Shown here: positions 48,098 through 61,590 of the stretch, one piece after another | Position numbering within the stretch: the stretch's first letter is position 1 | Layout of the letters: each line of letters begins with the position of its first letter | Source of the DNA: Torpedo marmorata | Lineage: Eukaryota | DNA length: 64,000 bases | Assembly: GCA_977017645.1 (NCBI GenBank) | Contig: OZ360231.1 | Coordinates: forward strand, 84,134,001 to 84,198,000 | Reading direction: 5' to 3' | Notes under the pieces: generated by a model | Database searches by the model: none | Told to the model about the DNA's origin: nothing | What the model saw: only the letters and a program-made list of their open reading frames with translations | Translations under genes and position numbers: made by a program

Positions 48098-49358
48098 TAC
48101 CCCAATTATTGGTTGACAGAACAGTATGCCTTTAACCATGTTTGATGTGAAAACTGAAAAAGAAATCGGTCTGGTCTGGAACCTTCCATGATCTCTGTCA
48201 GAATAGCACAAAATAACAGCTGAAGATATGTGATGCCTGGTTTGATGCATACCAATTCACATAGTCTTACCTTTGGAGCAAAGGACACAGGAACATCTCG
48301 CAGTCATGTCACTTCCTCCTGCTGTGAGCCAGTAGCCATCTCTTTTAAGATAGTGGTTGTTATTCATGCAGCTTTTCATTTCAAAAGTGATTAATATTTG
48401 TCATTCATATTTTGAAGTAGTTCACGAAGAAAGGTTCTTGTTTGTGTTAATAGTCACTACATCTTAAACTTAATACTTTGACTCTAACTGCATCTCCCTA
48501 ACAATTCTATCTGAATTAAGAATTGGTTCCATATAGATGTAAAGAAATATTATCTCCCAGGTAACCAGTAGGATGGGTATGCCTCTCCACAATGTAAATT
48601 GCCTCATATTTACCATCAATGGCATTAAGTTGCCAATCTCACCCAGAAAGACTTTGCAGAAAGTCAGAATGCAAAAACGTAAGGAAAGACTATTCCCTAT
48701 TCAGTGTGAGGTGCTATGTTGGATGGAAATTTCACCATGCATTTATCTTTTGCTCTGTTTGACATGAGACTACTTAATGCTGAAACAGGGCAGTAGAAAC
48801 AAAAGATCATTGTCATTCTGCTTCCCAGCATAAACATCCCGCATCTTAATGAACACAGATGGTTGACAAAATAAACATGAACATATCCGGATTGTTCTGA
48901 CACCAGTAAAAGGTCACATAGAAATTCAACAAGCAGCATTGTACAAAGTCACTAAAAACCTCCAGCTATCAGGAAAAGCATTCTGAAGCGAGACATTGCA
49001 AAGACTTGCAGACACAGACAGTCTCTGGACATTATTCTCAGTTTGCCTTCAGGAGAAATAAGGCAAAATGATGCCATTGTTCTGATTTCAATCTGTAGTT
49101 AACGTCAGCAGAACTAAGACTCAGTCCATTGTAAAATCTGTTCGACTTCATATTGAGTCATGGGCACTAAACATAGCTAAAATGATAATGAACAAAGTTA
49201 CCACCATTTTATTGGAGGTGTAACTTAATTTGAGTTAGTGGATAAGAGAACTTAATGGAACCAAGTGCATTCTGAGCATAAAATGTTATTACTCATTGTC
49301 ACTGACAACCTTTTAAGAGCTGCATGATGCTAAGTCACACTTTATACATGATGTCCCC

Positions 49359-51259
49359 CAGTGTCGGTGCCAAGAGGGGGCATTCGTGGGCATTGCTCCC
49401 CCAAACAAGGTCTTGTGACCCCCCACCCATGCACCCACCCGCGCAGGCCAACAGGCCAAGCCTTTGAATACTTTTTAAATTAAATTATATTTATCATATT
49501 AAAACTTACCTTTTCGTTAAATGAAATTAAATGAAATAAAAACAAAAATAGGAAAAGAAAATTACATACGCTCGTGACGTCACAAAGGAAGTTACGTTGT
49601 AATGCGTGGAACGCCCATGAGCACATGATGTCATACCAGAAGTTGCATCAGGATTGCGAGCAGTGTGCGCACCAGATTTAAAACTGAAGAAAGTGTGCTT
49701 TACCGTTCCTCCGTTGAAAATCGATTGTTAAAGAAAGATACACAACGAAAATCAAGGGAAATGGATATAAGAAAATTGCTGGACTCATCTGCTTCTTCAA
49801 GGCCTCCTACAGCTCCACCAGCTAAGTCATGCGTTTAATTCACTTTATGATGCCAGCCTTGGCTTTCATGATTATTACGCAAAATGTTGAATGATTTTTG
49901 AGTCTGTCTGCAGTTAATCGGTATGAGTGGAGTATATAGTCTATTTCAAATGATGTTCTAATGATGCTCACAGTGCAGTGTGTGTGTGAAAGAGAGAGAC
50001 TTTGGAGCATGTTTTTAAATTGGAACTGGGTTGGTGTGTTGGTTGTTGACGGCAAAGTCTTATTATCAGCAGCTTGTGTGTGGTTAGATGATGCCACAGT
50101 GGTGGTACTAGTGTAAATAGAAATGAATGTAACAATGTACAGTGATGGAATTTTATGGATACAGAACTTTGAACCATTTTCATTTTGTATACATGTGAAG
50201 CACAAAATGGTTGCTTTCGAAAATAGCTTTATTCCCAACCATGGATACTCGAGTGTAGGACCCGAAGTTGTGGGTCTTTAAGCTGCAGGTCCAAGTGCAG
50301 AAACCCCAAAATATTGAAAGTAACAGTGATGAAAAGCAGCCTTTCTCTGTCTTTTCTGTGAATTGGGCAATCTTTAACAACAGATTATCATATCATTAGC
50401 ATTAAGGATCCAACCAGAAACCCAGCCAAATTGACAGGACCAGTAATTTAGGACTGCTGAATAAAATGATACTGCCTACAACCAAAAAATTCTAAATTTT
50501 CTAAACATTAATCGAGTCCATTTTTCTTAGTACAGGAAGCGAGAGACAGAGACAGATACACGCCAGCTATGGCAGGGAGTGCAGGCCATTACAGCCTACA
50601 AAGCGAGGGCGAACACTATAGACGGCTGTGATGCTTCACTACCCGATGAGCTGAACACCTTCTATGCCCGCTGTGAGAAGAAGAACCAAACAGTGCCTAC
50701 TAGAATCCCTGAAAAGGCTGAGGACCCTGTGATATCTGTCTCTGAGGGCGACGTCAGAACATCATTCAAGAGGGCGAACCCTCGCAAGGCGTCAGGCCCT
50801 GACGGTGTACCTGGCAGGGTACTGAAAATCTGCGCCAACCAACTAGCCGGAGTGATCATGGACACTTTCAACCTCCATGAACACCTATTTCAAAATTCTG
50901 GGAGGCAGGTCATCAGTTCCTGAGATTCATTCATTGGCTTTCAGCCCTTTCTCCAGGACCCGAACTTCTAGGTCTTTAACTGCAGGTCCAAGTGCAGAAA
51001 CCCCAGCACTAGCATCGCTAGGGGTTGCGGGTGATGCCATCAGAGGGGGTGTCACCAAAAGGAGTCACATGGTTTCCAAAACCACGCGCGCTTCTCTGAA
51101 ACGCTGGAGGGAGGGGGAAGTGTGACGGCGGCGGCACATGGAGGTAGGTAGGCACCAGCACCTCCCCCACCCCGCTGAGCGAGTTTTACAGTGTAAGAAT
51201 GTGCCCCCCCCGGTTACCCTAATGCCCCCCCACTAGGACTCGTTCTGGCGCCGACCCTG
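49359..51259 (+). mobile_element. Non-autonomous hAT DNA transposon; 8-bp TSD ATGTCCCC
   Basis: TIRs CAGTGTCGGTGCCA / TGGCGCCGACCCTG; TSD at 49351-49358 and 51260-51267; possible transposase start MDIRKLL at ~49762. Confidence 0.88.
50536..50877 (+). mobile_element. Rex1/Babar internal fragment inside the hAT element
   Basis: ORF 50579-50923 (LPDELNTFYAR...KASGPDGVPGRVLKICANQL). Confidence 0.85.
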
Positions 51260-51807
51260 ATGTCCCCATAAGTTTTATTCTCCATTCACTTTAAATCAGC
51301 CTTTAAGTTGCTGTAAGCTGCAGTGATAAGAGACTTGCTCCATAGCATGTTTAAATTAAAACAAAACCTTCAAATAGTGAGCTTGTGCTATTGGGCACTC
51401 ATGGGGTAGGGTGTGGGGGGAGTACGGCAGTGGTGCACTGCCGTTTCTTTTTATTACTTCTTTGGCATGGGTGTTTCTATGCTGTTCCTGTTGGGTGCTG
51501 GAGTTTCAAGGTTGATATTGGACGTAAGGCAGAAATGATTGGGGGTCCCAAGGCAGAAGGAAAAGAAGCAATGACATCTGGTCACTCTCCCTCAGAGTAT
51601 TCAGGGACCCAGCTAGTGGAAGGGCAACCTTTCTGAATGCTCAGGTATTATCTATCTCAGTGGTGACAGAGATCTATGATCCTCTGTAGACAGACACAGT
51701 ATCTGGACTGCTCAGCCCATGGAACTCATTCATTGTCACCTTGAACTTCCCAGCTTCCCAAAAATTCTAAGCAAAACAGATTATCTATGCCATTTCCCCC
51801 AGTTTGC

Positions 51808-52063
51808 TGCACAATGCAGCAAGGTTAGCGTAGCGGTTAGCGCAATGCTGTTTCAGCACCAGCGGCCGGGGTGCGAATCCGGTGCCGTTTGTGAGGAGTT
51901 TGTACATTCTCCCTGTGTCATTGTGGGCTTTTCACTGTGTGCTCCGGTTTTCTCCCACCCTTCAAAACATACGGGGGTTGAAGGTCAATTGGGTTAATTG
52001 GGCGGTATGGGTTTGTGGGTCAAAAGGGCCTGTTACTGTGCTGCACGTCTAAAAAATTTTTAA
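51808..52063 (+). mobile_element. tRNA-derived V-SINE (HE1-like) with CR1-type tail
   Basis: A box TAGCGTAGCGG, B box GGTGCGAATCC, V-core GCTCCGGTTTTCTCCCAC, tail AAGGGCCTGTTACTGTGCTG. Confidence 0.82.
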
Positions 52064-52789
52064 ATGCTTGGAAAAAAGGAGACTTTGCTTCCTGGGAACA
52101 TGGTTGATGAGTTTGTGAGGAATGCAGGCTTTTCAGTGGCTCAGGATATGAAGGACTCCCATTCAGAACACGGAAACAGGGAGCCAGGATAAATGGATCG
52201 TTTTTATCAGCTAATTCAGCTGTAATTAGCGGGGTGCCACAGGAGCAGCACTGGGCTCTCTGCTAGTTACAGCCCATGCTGATGACTTGCATGAAGGGGC
52301 TGATTGTGTGGAGCAAAATATGCTGACAACATGGAGATGTGAGTGAGCATGTTGTGCGGGAGGTGCAAAGTGACTGCAAAGGAATGTAATAAGTGAATGG
52401 GAAAAATTTAGCAGGTGGAGCACACCTGGTGTATGGCATCTGATTTTGATTTCCTTCTTTAAGGAGGGGTATAATTTCATGAAGGTAATTGCGAGAAGCT
52501 TCACAAGGTTAATTCTTGTGGAAAAAGTTTGGATTCATTAGAAAGTGATGTGATATTAAAAAAATAGAAGAATCTAGGAGGGTTTGACGGGGTAGATGTT
52601 GAGGGGATATTTTGTCTCGAGGGAATCTAGAATTACAGATGATTGATTCAGCATGATCGCACAGTAACATATTATTTCCAGGTCAAAGGTTATTGCCAAG
52701 ACAGACATGAAGGATGCAAGTTAGAATTCTAAAATAAACATGAGCTAACTCATTAACAGTCGTAAACTCGCTCAGCGGGGGGTGCTAGT

Positions 52790-53073
52790 ACCTACCTGCC
52801 AGACGAACGTTAACACGAAAGCGCTGCTTTTATTGTGTGGAGAGTCACTAGCATGCGTCAAGCTAGACGCTAGTGATGCTTGACGCACGCTAGTGACGGC
52901 GGGTGGAGAATCACTAGTGTGCGTCAAGCTAGATGCTAGTGATGCTTGACGCACGCTAGTGACGCGGGCGGGGGCCGGTCTGACCGCGAGCGATGGCTGC
53001 GAGCGTAGGGGGGCACAGCACCTCACTTGGGGGGGCGATGCCCGCGAATGTCCCCCCCTTGGCGCCAACCCTG
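52790..53073 (-). mobile_element. hAT left end related to the 49359 element, with subterminal hairpin repeats
   Basis: Minus CAGGGTTGGCGCCAAGGGGGGGACATTCGCGGGCATCGCCCC resembles 49359-49403; partner TIR not found. Confidence 0.65.
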
Positions 53074-53074
53074 A

Positions 53075-53400
53075 GGCTGGGCTTGTTTTTCCTGGTGCAA
53101 AGGAGGATGAGGGGTGACCTGATAGAGGTATATAAAATTATATGCTGCCTAGATAAGATCAATAGTCTGGATCTCTTTCCCATGGTTGGGGTATCAAAAG
53201 CAAGGGGGCTTAGATTTAAGATGTGAGGAGGGAGTTTAAAAGGGGATTTGAGGGATGCGTTTTTTACAGAGAGTGGTTAATATCTGGAACACACTGCCAG
53301 AGCAGCTCGTGGAGTCAGATACAATTAGTACATTTAAGATACATTTGGACGGGTGGTTAAACAGATAAGGCAGAGAAGGAAACAGATTAAATGGCAGCAA
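53075..53400 (+). mobile_element. CR1 3' fragment
   Basis: LGLFFLVQRRMRGDLIEVYKII. Confidence 0.82.
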
Positions 53401-56119
53401 ATGTGATAAGGGTAGGTGGGCAAAAAGGTCAGCATGGACATCCATGGTGTAGATTTTTATGGCTCTGGGACTATAACCCAGGCAATACATTATTTAAATC
53501 ACAAAGGGTTTGCAAGCTGCAAACAACAACATGGGGCAACAGAGAATGTTATAGTGACTTTAAATGTGGCATACAGCATGAGCAACAGGTAGAAACCCTG
53601 CTTATGGAAAGGAATGCCACAGATACAAAAAGAGGAATTACTTCCAGCCCAGTGCGGAGGGAGGGAGAGTGGGGGCATGCAGAAGACGAGTAAGATACAT
53701 TTCAGCGTCACTCCACCTAGATTCAAATACTGCCTGAGATTGATGGTCATCTTGGCTTTCATTATAGAATGCAGTTTATGGAGTTTCCTTTGACATATAA
53801 CCAAGTAGTAAAAGATGTAAGGATGATACATTTGATTATGATATTATGATTAATTATATATGATATCAAGTAATTGCTGCTGATGTATTATGTTATTTCC
53901 AATACATCAAACGTACTCATAGAAATATTATTCTATTAAGGTTGCATTATGAATGTAATAATTAATGCCTGTACACTATGATGCTATCTTCAGTCTTCAA
54001 AAGTTTTATGAATGTGGGATCATGATTTTTTATTGGCAAAGTAGACGATAAATGTTTCCATTACTTACTTGTCAATATCTTAATAACTCTATATTAGATT
54101 TACACCAAATGCAAAGAAGATTTGCCCTTTCTGAATAACCATGTTGACTGGGGTCTCTCTGTGTCCAGTAATTGGATTATAATGCACTAATCAAATACCA
54201 AAAAACAAGTGCAGCGCTGAGTTTATTGATCCTGACATTTGCATGGCTTTTATTTTAATGACTTGTACTCAGAGTGGGGGAGGTGTGGGGGGAGCAATAC
54301 AAGTGAGATCTGATATTCCAATTACAGGCTGGGTGGCCTTTGCAAAAGAGCCTGGGAGTGAAACAATCGGCACGAAGCCAGGGCTGCACCACCAGTGTTC
54401 CCAATCATTGGAGTCCATTGTTTCATCATTAAAGATAGTTTCAGGGTTTAAGAAGAGAATATAAACCATTACACAAAATTTATCAGAATAATGGTGCTAT
54501 TTTTATTGAAAAGTAAACAATACATAAGCTCTTAACCATTGCAGTCATTGCTGTGCAACTGGAGAGACTCAAATGGTGTTCAACAGATGTTTAAACTGGG
54601 CCAGATAATAGATCTAAATCCTCACTTGTTCGTCTTCAAGACGTAAGCTGCTGCATGATGGCCTTCATATTTTGAAAGAACTTCAAAAGTCTGTGGTCAC
54701 TATGGCATCACCAAGCACTTACTCTTTGTTTTCCATATATTCGGGTATTTTCAAAACAAATGATTAAAATGAGAAAGGAAGATAATGCAGAGATCTTAAA
54801 CCAAGATGAAAAGAGAAACAGAATTAAAGATCATTCATCAAAATGAATAGGGACAGACTTAATGATTTGTTTTGCTCAGTGTGAAAGACTGTCCAGTTCA
54901 GCTTATTAAAGGTGATTGCCACCTTCCTCCAGCTAGCACTGTTTACAACTCGTAACATGGAGAAATATGACCGGGTTCAAGCCTTTCTTGAGTCCCAACA
55001 TTTTATGCTTGCTTCTGTGGTGTTGTGTCATCTTGGTGAACATGTTGTGCATGCTTACCTTAGTTAATGTGCAAAGGAGGCATATCACAGCATCACCGTG
55101 GTATTTTGGTGCAAGTGTTGCCATTTCAGAGCATCTAGCTGTTCAATAAGTGTTGGGTGACTTTCTGTTAGTTGAATTATATAAGGAGGCTCTTTTTTTA
55201 AAATGAGGCAAACTCCCAGAGAACTACAGCATTTGCTGCAGCATTGATAACAGCCCAGCAGCTGGTCACTCACATCTTTGCCTCTGGCCATGAGAGCACC
55301 CCCAACCCTGAAGTTTTCATATTTGGGTTTATTCCAGGTTGCATTTTTTACTATCAAAATGCCCTTATCAATGGACCAATGGCAAAAAGAATTATGGAGG
55401 ATTTGATGGACATGCGTTTGAGAGAAAATGTTGCAGGGGTTACAGGAAATTACCTAAGGAGGGTGGGAATGAGACTAATGGGATTGCTCCCTTGAGTAAC
55501 CACAAACTCAATGGACCAAGTCGCCTCCTCGTGTGTCATAAGATTGGCCAATCGTTTCTCTCTTCCTCCAATAAAGAGGATTTTGGGTTTTTGATTAACT
55601 ATTTCTATTTTTACCTGAACCTATTCAGTATGGAGATCTAAAGGCAGGAAGAGGGGTTTGTGCTTTGCCAGGATAAAAGGTTTTCCATCATTGTAAGACT
55701 TTAGGTACAACAAACGACTTGAGGACAGACATGAAAAGGAAGATCATTCCTCATTGAACAGGCAGCTGACACAAAATAACCATTGTGTGCTCTTGGCCAG
55801 TTATCTGATTGCTGCCGTGATGACTTCATTACATATGTTCTTGAGTTCACCTCTCATTCATCCAGACCATCAGAGGCTGGCTACTTAGCTCTCCTCTGAA
55901 ATCAAGACTTTAAACATCTGTCATGGCTCAGAGAAGATACAAATGAAGATATGGTCTCCACAGAAACTCTATAGGAGCAAACTATTGACTTGCTCATGCG
56001 GTGATAGTGCTGCCTGAGGGGAATGGGGCAGCTTGTTGTGCAACGCTTTGGAGAATGAAGAAACTGGCTATTTACAGAATAGCAGAGTAACTTCTTATTG
56101 ATTATATAGATTTCTTTAT

Positions 56120-56994
56120 ATAGATTTCAGATTTATTGTCAGAGTACATACATGACATCACATACAACCCTGAGATTCCTTTTTCCTGCGGGCGCGGCAG
56201 AATTACCACTAATTGGTAATTCAAAAAATAAACTGTACACAGGGTAAATATGTAAACAAAGAACTGTAAACAGATAACAAATGTAAACAAACTGACTGTG
56301 CAATACAGAGAGAACAAAGAAAATCAATAAACTGCACAAGTAAGAGCCCTTAAATGAGTCTCTGATTGAGTTTGTCGTTGAGGAGTCTGATGGTGGAGGG
56401 GTAGGGCTGAACCTGGTGGTGCGAGTCTTGTGGCACCTATACCTCTTTCCTGATGGCAGCAGCGAGAACAGAGCATGTGCTGGGTGGTGTGGGTTTTTGA
56501 TGATTGCTGCTGCCCTCCGACGGCAGCGTTCCCAGTAGATGTACTCAATAGTGGGGAGGGTATTTCCTGTGATGTCCTGGGCTGTGACCATGACCTTTTG
56601 GAGGGCTTTATGCTCAGGGGTATTGGTGTTCCCATACCAGACCGTGATGCAGCCGGTCAGCACACTTTCCACCACACCTCTGTAGAAATTTGCCAGGGTT
56701 TCTGGTATCATACCAAACCTCCGCAAATTCCTGAGGAAGTTGAGGTGCTGACGTGCTTTCTTCATTATGCCATTGGTGTGTTGGGTCCAAGAAAGATCCT
56801 CTGAGATAGTGACTCCCAAGACTAAAATTTTCTCACCCTCTCCACCTCTGATCCCCCAATGATCATTGGATTGTACACCTCTGGCTTTCTTTTCCTGAAG
56901 TCAACAATCAGCTCCTTAGTTTTGGTGACATTGAGTGCAAGGTTGTTGTTGGTGCACCATTCAGCCAGGTTTTCAATCTCCATCCTGTATGCTG
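56120..56994 (-). mobile_element. Rex1/Babar 3' part, cut by LTR insertion
   Basis: ORF 56139-56819 (LRNLRRFG...ESVLTGCITVWYG...SGKRYR); tail TGACAATAAATCTGAAATCT. Confidence 0.9.
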
Positions 56995-58044
56995 TGTAAT
57001 GGATCTGTGTTAATATTAATATTTAGGTTAATGTTAAGTTGTATTTCCTATAAATATGTTTTAGTTAATGTAATGGGTTTGGAACAGAGTTAAATACACA
57101 CACCCATACAATATATTCAGAAGTGAGGTCATCTTTCGGAGTCCTGACGTCTGCAAGACAGAGTTATGAAGGTCACATGGTTTCCAAGAAACTGGAGCTG
57201 GCAACTGTAAACATTCCAGGAAGTGGTCACATGGTTTCCAAGAAATTGGTGTAATGTCACATGATTTTGATGAATATATTATCAAATTCAGACATTTTGA
57301 TGCAGTTCAGAAGGAGACCCTGTGGAACACACAGGAGTTGGACCCTTGTGAAAGACGGGGTTTGAATCACAGTAACCGGAACAGGTGCTGTTATGTGATA
57401 CTCCTAATAAAAGGGGAATACAGAAATAAGTGGATTTCGAAAGGACTGCTCTTTTGAAAGTAAAGGGTAGCCTCATCATGGAAAGGAACTCCAGAAATCT
57501 TGAGAAGATAAGAGGGAGTTTGAAGAACACCAGTGTGAGAATTTAAGAAGAAATCTCTTCCTGGGAAAAGCTCAACAAAATTTGTGAGTTTGAAAAGTCT
57601 AAGGACTGAATCAATATGAACAAATACTTCATACTGCTTTTAAGCAACAAATCAAAAGAATTTGATATTTCGTATTTGCTTCGTAATCACTTCTGAACTG
57701 AAATTTAATAGACCTTCAAGTTCAACAAGACTTTAAAATACAGGTCTTAAAAACTGACTTTCTAGAATTGAGTTTTAAACTGTTGTGGCGGCCCGCAACC
57801 GCGGAGATCAAGACGGCACAACGCGCGGCGCGCGCGGTAGTAAAAAGCGGCATAACACACTGTAATGCGACCTTTAGCATAGCGAACCGGCATGGTTGAA
57901 AGCTGGAACAGTACAAGACCAGCAGCCCTAAAATGGCACTGTCCAAGCTGCCCAGCTAACAGATCAATACCAGGCTGGGAAAGAAGGGTATTCATATGCA
58001 AGAATGTTCCTGCCCGCTATAGTTATTCATGCGGCTCATGTCAA

Positions 58045-58105
58045 CCAATCAACCAAACAGCGGGAACTCCAACTGTATAAAAGAAACATTTCCAGCCTCA
58101 ATAAA
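58045..58105 (+). promoter_or_regulatory. LTR promoter and poly(A) signals
   Basis: CCAAT at 58045, TATAAAA at 58076, AATAAA at 58100; same arrangement in the 3' LTR. Confidence 0.7.
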
Positions 58106-58209
58106 GCAGAGCTTAACCTTCCACACTGCGTGTGTGTGTTTCTTCGTAGCAGTCGGCTACAATTGGTGACCCCGACGGTTTAGACGGCATCTAAACCCAG
58201 CGATAGATA

Positions 58210-58575
58210 GAGAGGCACAGCTGCTCCACCTGGATGGGGACAGATCCCCGTCAGCGCTCATGAACGAGGTGCTAGCCCTCCTGGGAGACCATGAGGCCTG
58301 CGTCATGTTCGAGCAGGCGTTCTTGGAGCAGCTAATGTGGATTTCAGCGACCCACGGAAAGTAGCAACACGGGCAGATATTCTGTGGAAGCAGAAACAGA
58401 AGTGCTCGGCTATCACGGGGCTGGTCACGAAGTCTCGCAACCAGACCAAGGCAGGCCCTGGAAAGGAGCGGCAGGCAAGAGGCAGGGATGAGTCCAAGGA
58501 GAGATGGTGCTTCTACCACCAAAGATGGGGCTCCAAGGCCCGCCGATGCCGGTCGCATGCGAGTTCCAGGGAAAC
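58210..58575 (+). pseudogene. gag: CsRn1-type gag C-terminus
   Basis: DRSPSALMNEVLALL; WCFYHQRWGSKARRC (Cx2Hx9C). Confidence 0.8.
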
Positions 58576-58617
58576 GACAAGGCCAGCCGTCGCTGATGGC
58601 CACGGCGGCTGGCCATC
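58569..58617 (+). other. Candidate -1 programmed ribosomal frameshift signal
   Basis: Slippery heptamer GGGAAAC at 58569-58575, 5-nt spacer, 12-bp stem GGCCAGCCGTCG/CGGCGGCTGGCC. Confidence 0.75.
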
Positions 58618-58619
58618 GA

Positions 58620-61590
58620 GAGAGCCTCCTGTAGGTATGGGATCGCCTTTCCGGTACACGAGTCTTGGTGGATACAGGAGCGGAGTTCAGTGTGATTTCC
58701 CCAACAGGTTTGCAGGCAAGCGGGCCCCACGTTAAGGGCTGCCAACAGCAGCATACGGACCTATGTTAAGCGTAGGGCCGAGCTGCAGTTCAGATGCAGT
58801 CACTTCTCGTGGGAGTTCACGCTGGCCACAGTGGAACAGCCACTCCTCGGAGCAGACTTCCTGCGGGCACACAGCCTCCTAGTGGACCTCAAGGGCAAGA
58901 GACTCATGCACACGGAAATGTTCCAATCCTTCGCACTGAGGGGCGCCGGGCTCCCGGCACTTCACCTGGACTCCGTCCACAGCTTGGACGATGAGTTCTG
59001 CAAAGCGCTGGCTGAGTTCCCGGCAATCCTTTCCCTTCAGTTTATGGTGGAGGTGCCCCGACACGGCGTCTGGCATCACATCCTTACCGAGGGTCCACCT
59101 CTCAACGCAAGGGTGAGACGACTTCCCCCAGAGAAGCTTCAACTGGCCAAGGAGGAGTTCCGCAAGCTCGAGGAGTTATGCATCATTTGGCGGTCGGACA
59201 GTCCATGGACTTCTCCCCTGCACATGGTTACAAAAGCATCTGGGGGCTGGAGACCATGTGGCGACTACAGCCTGCTTAATGAGGCAACCACTCCAGATCG
59301 TTACCCCCTGCCGCATATCCAGGACTTTGCGCCAAACCTGCATGGAGCTACAATCTTCTCCAAAGTGGACTTGGTGCGAGGGTACCACCAAATCGCGGTG
59401 CACACTGACGACATCGCCAAGACGGCCATCATCACTCCATTCAGGCTGTTCGAATTCCTGAGGATGCCATTCAGGCTCAAGAACGCGGCACAGACATTCC
59501 AGCGACTGATGGACGCGGTGGGCTGAGACCTGGACGGCACCTTTGTCTACTTAGACGATATGCTGGTGGCGAGCAGAACCCGGCAGGAACATCTACAACA
59601 CCTCCGAAGCCTCTACAGTCACCTACGTGAGTTCGGCCTTACTATTAACCTGGCTAAATGACAGTTCGGGCTGAGCATAATTGACTTCCTGGTCCACAGG
59701 ATTACCAAGTGCGGGGCCACGCCACTACCCAGCAAGGTGGAGGCTATCCGTAAATTCCCGAGGCCCAGTATGACCAAAGGACTGCAGGAGTTCGTGGGGA
59801 TAGTCAACTTTTATCGCAGATTCATCCCCGCAGCTGCTCGAACCTTGCGCCCACTCTTCACCCTGATGACCGGCAATGCGAAGGACTTGACCTGGGACGA
59901 TGACTCCGCACGAGCATTCGTGGAAGCGAAGGAAGCCCTGGCTAATGCCGCACTCCTGGCCAACCCCAGGTCAGATACACCCACAGCCCTCACGGTCGAT
60001 GCATCAGGAACGGCTATTGGCGGAGTTCTGGAGCAGCAGATAGAAGAAAGTTGGTGTCCACTAGCTTTCTTCAGCAAACATCAGCAGCCCCCTGAGCTAA
60101 AGTACAGTGCTTTCGACAGAGCTATTGGCACTGTACTAAGCAATCCGCCACTTCCGGTACTTCCTAGAGGGAAGGGCTTTCACGGACCACAAGCCACTGA
60201 CGTTCGTCCTGGCCAAGATCTCCGATCCCTGGTCAGCCCGCCAGCAGAGACACTTTTCTTACGTCTCGGGGTACACCACTGACGTAAGGCACATCTCGGG
60301 AAAAGACAACGTGGTCGCAGACGCCTTGTCGAGACAGAGCATCCACTCTCTGGCTAACGGACTGGATTTTGTGGCACTGGCGGAGGCACAGCAGCAGGAT
60401 GACGAGATGCCTCAGTACAGGACCGCCGTCACGGGGCTGCAGCTTCAGGACATCACAGTCGGCACAGGAAACACTACCCTCCTGTGTGACGTGGCCACCG
60501 AGCAGTTTCGACTTATCGTCCCAACGGCATGGAGGCGACAAGTTTTCGACTCCATCCACAGGCTGGCACATCCATCAATCAGGACAACTGTCCGGTTGGT
60601 GGCCAGCAAGTACGCGTGGCATGGATTACGGAAACAAGTCAGTGGGTGGGCCAAGACATGCACACAGTGCCAAACAGCCAAGGTACAGTGACACACCAAG
60701 TTCCCCCCCGCAGCCTTTCGAGCCAACGGAGCGAAATTTTGACCACATTCACGTGAACATACTGGGACCCTTACCAGTCTCACAGGGTTTCCGCTACCTG
60801 TTCACGGTGGTCGACCATTTCACCCAGCGGCCAGAAGCAATCCCCCTGGCCGACACATCCACTAGGTCCTGCGCCAAGGCACTCGTTTCGTCCTGGGTAG
60901 CAAGGTTCAGGCTACCACGCCACATAACCTCCGACAGAGGCGCACAATTTACCTCCAGCCTGTGGACCGACTTTGCCAACCTGTGGGGCGCTTAGCTGCA
61001 CCACAGTCTAATGGACTGGTTGAGCGCTTCAACAGGCACCTCAAGGCCGTCCTTATGACCAGACTCAAGGGCCCCAACTGGGTTGATGAAGTGCCATGGG
61101 CACTGCTGGGGATTAGTACAGCCCCGAAGGAAGACCTCCACACATCCTCCGCTGAGCTCGTCTACGGAGCTCCACTTATGGTCCCCGGGGATTTTGCCCC
61201 ACCGGCCAGAGGTCAACAGGAGGATACAACCATCTTCCTGGACAGGCTGCGGGAAAAGGTCGGTAACCTGGCTCCGATCCCACACTCCAGACACGGGCAA
61301 GCCAAGTTCAACATCCCTATAGAACTCCAAGACTGTGAGTATGTGTTCGTACGCAGAGGGCCACACCATCCACCGCTATAGAAGCCCTACGATGGCCCCT
61401 TCCGAGTCATCCGGAACAATGGGGCCACCTTCGAACTGGACATTGGTGGCAAACCAGAGGTCTTCACCGCAGACAGGCTCAAGCCGGCACACACGGACCC
61501 GACACAACCCGTGGAGACGCCACCACCTCGGCGCAGAGGCAGACCACCAAAGACATTGGGGACTGCATCCACGGACACTATGAACTGTAG
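58620..61590 (+). pseudogene. pol: pol: protease, RT, RNase H, integrase (stops and frameshifts)
   Basis: LVDTGAEFSV; [20 protein letters not shown] (~59548); TVDASG; HRLAHP...CTQC; ITSDRGAQF; NGLVERF. Confidence 0.92.

Noticed and set aside
51064-51079. 16-bp match GTCACATGGTTTCCAA shared between the hAT interior and the LTR at 57172
   Set aside because: No flanking similarity; too short to establish a relationship
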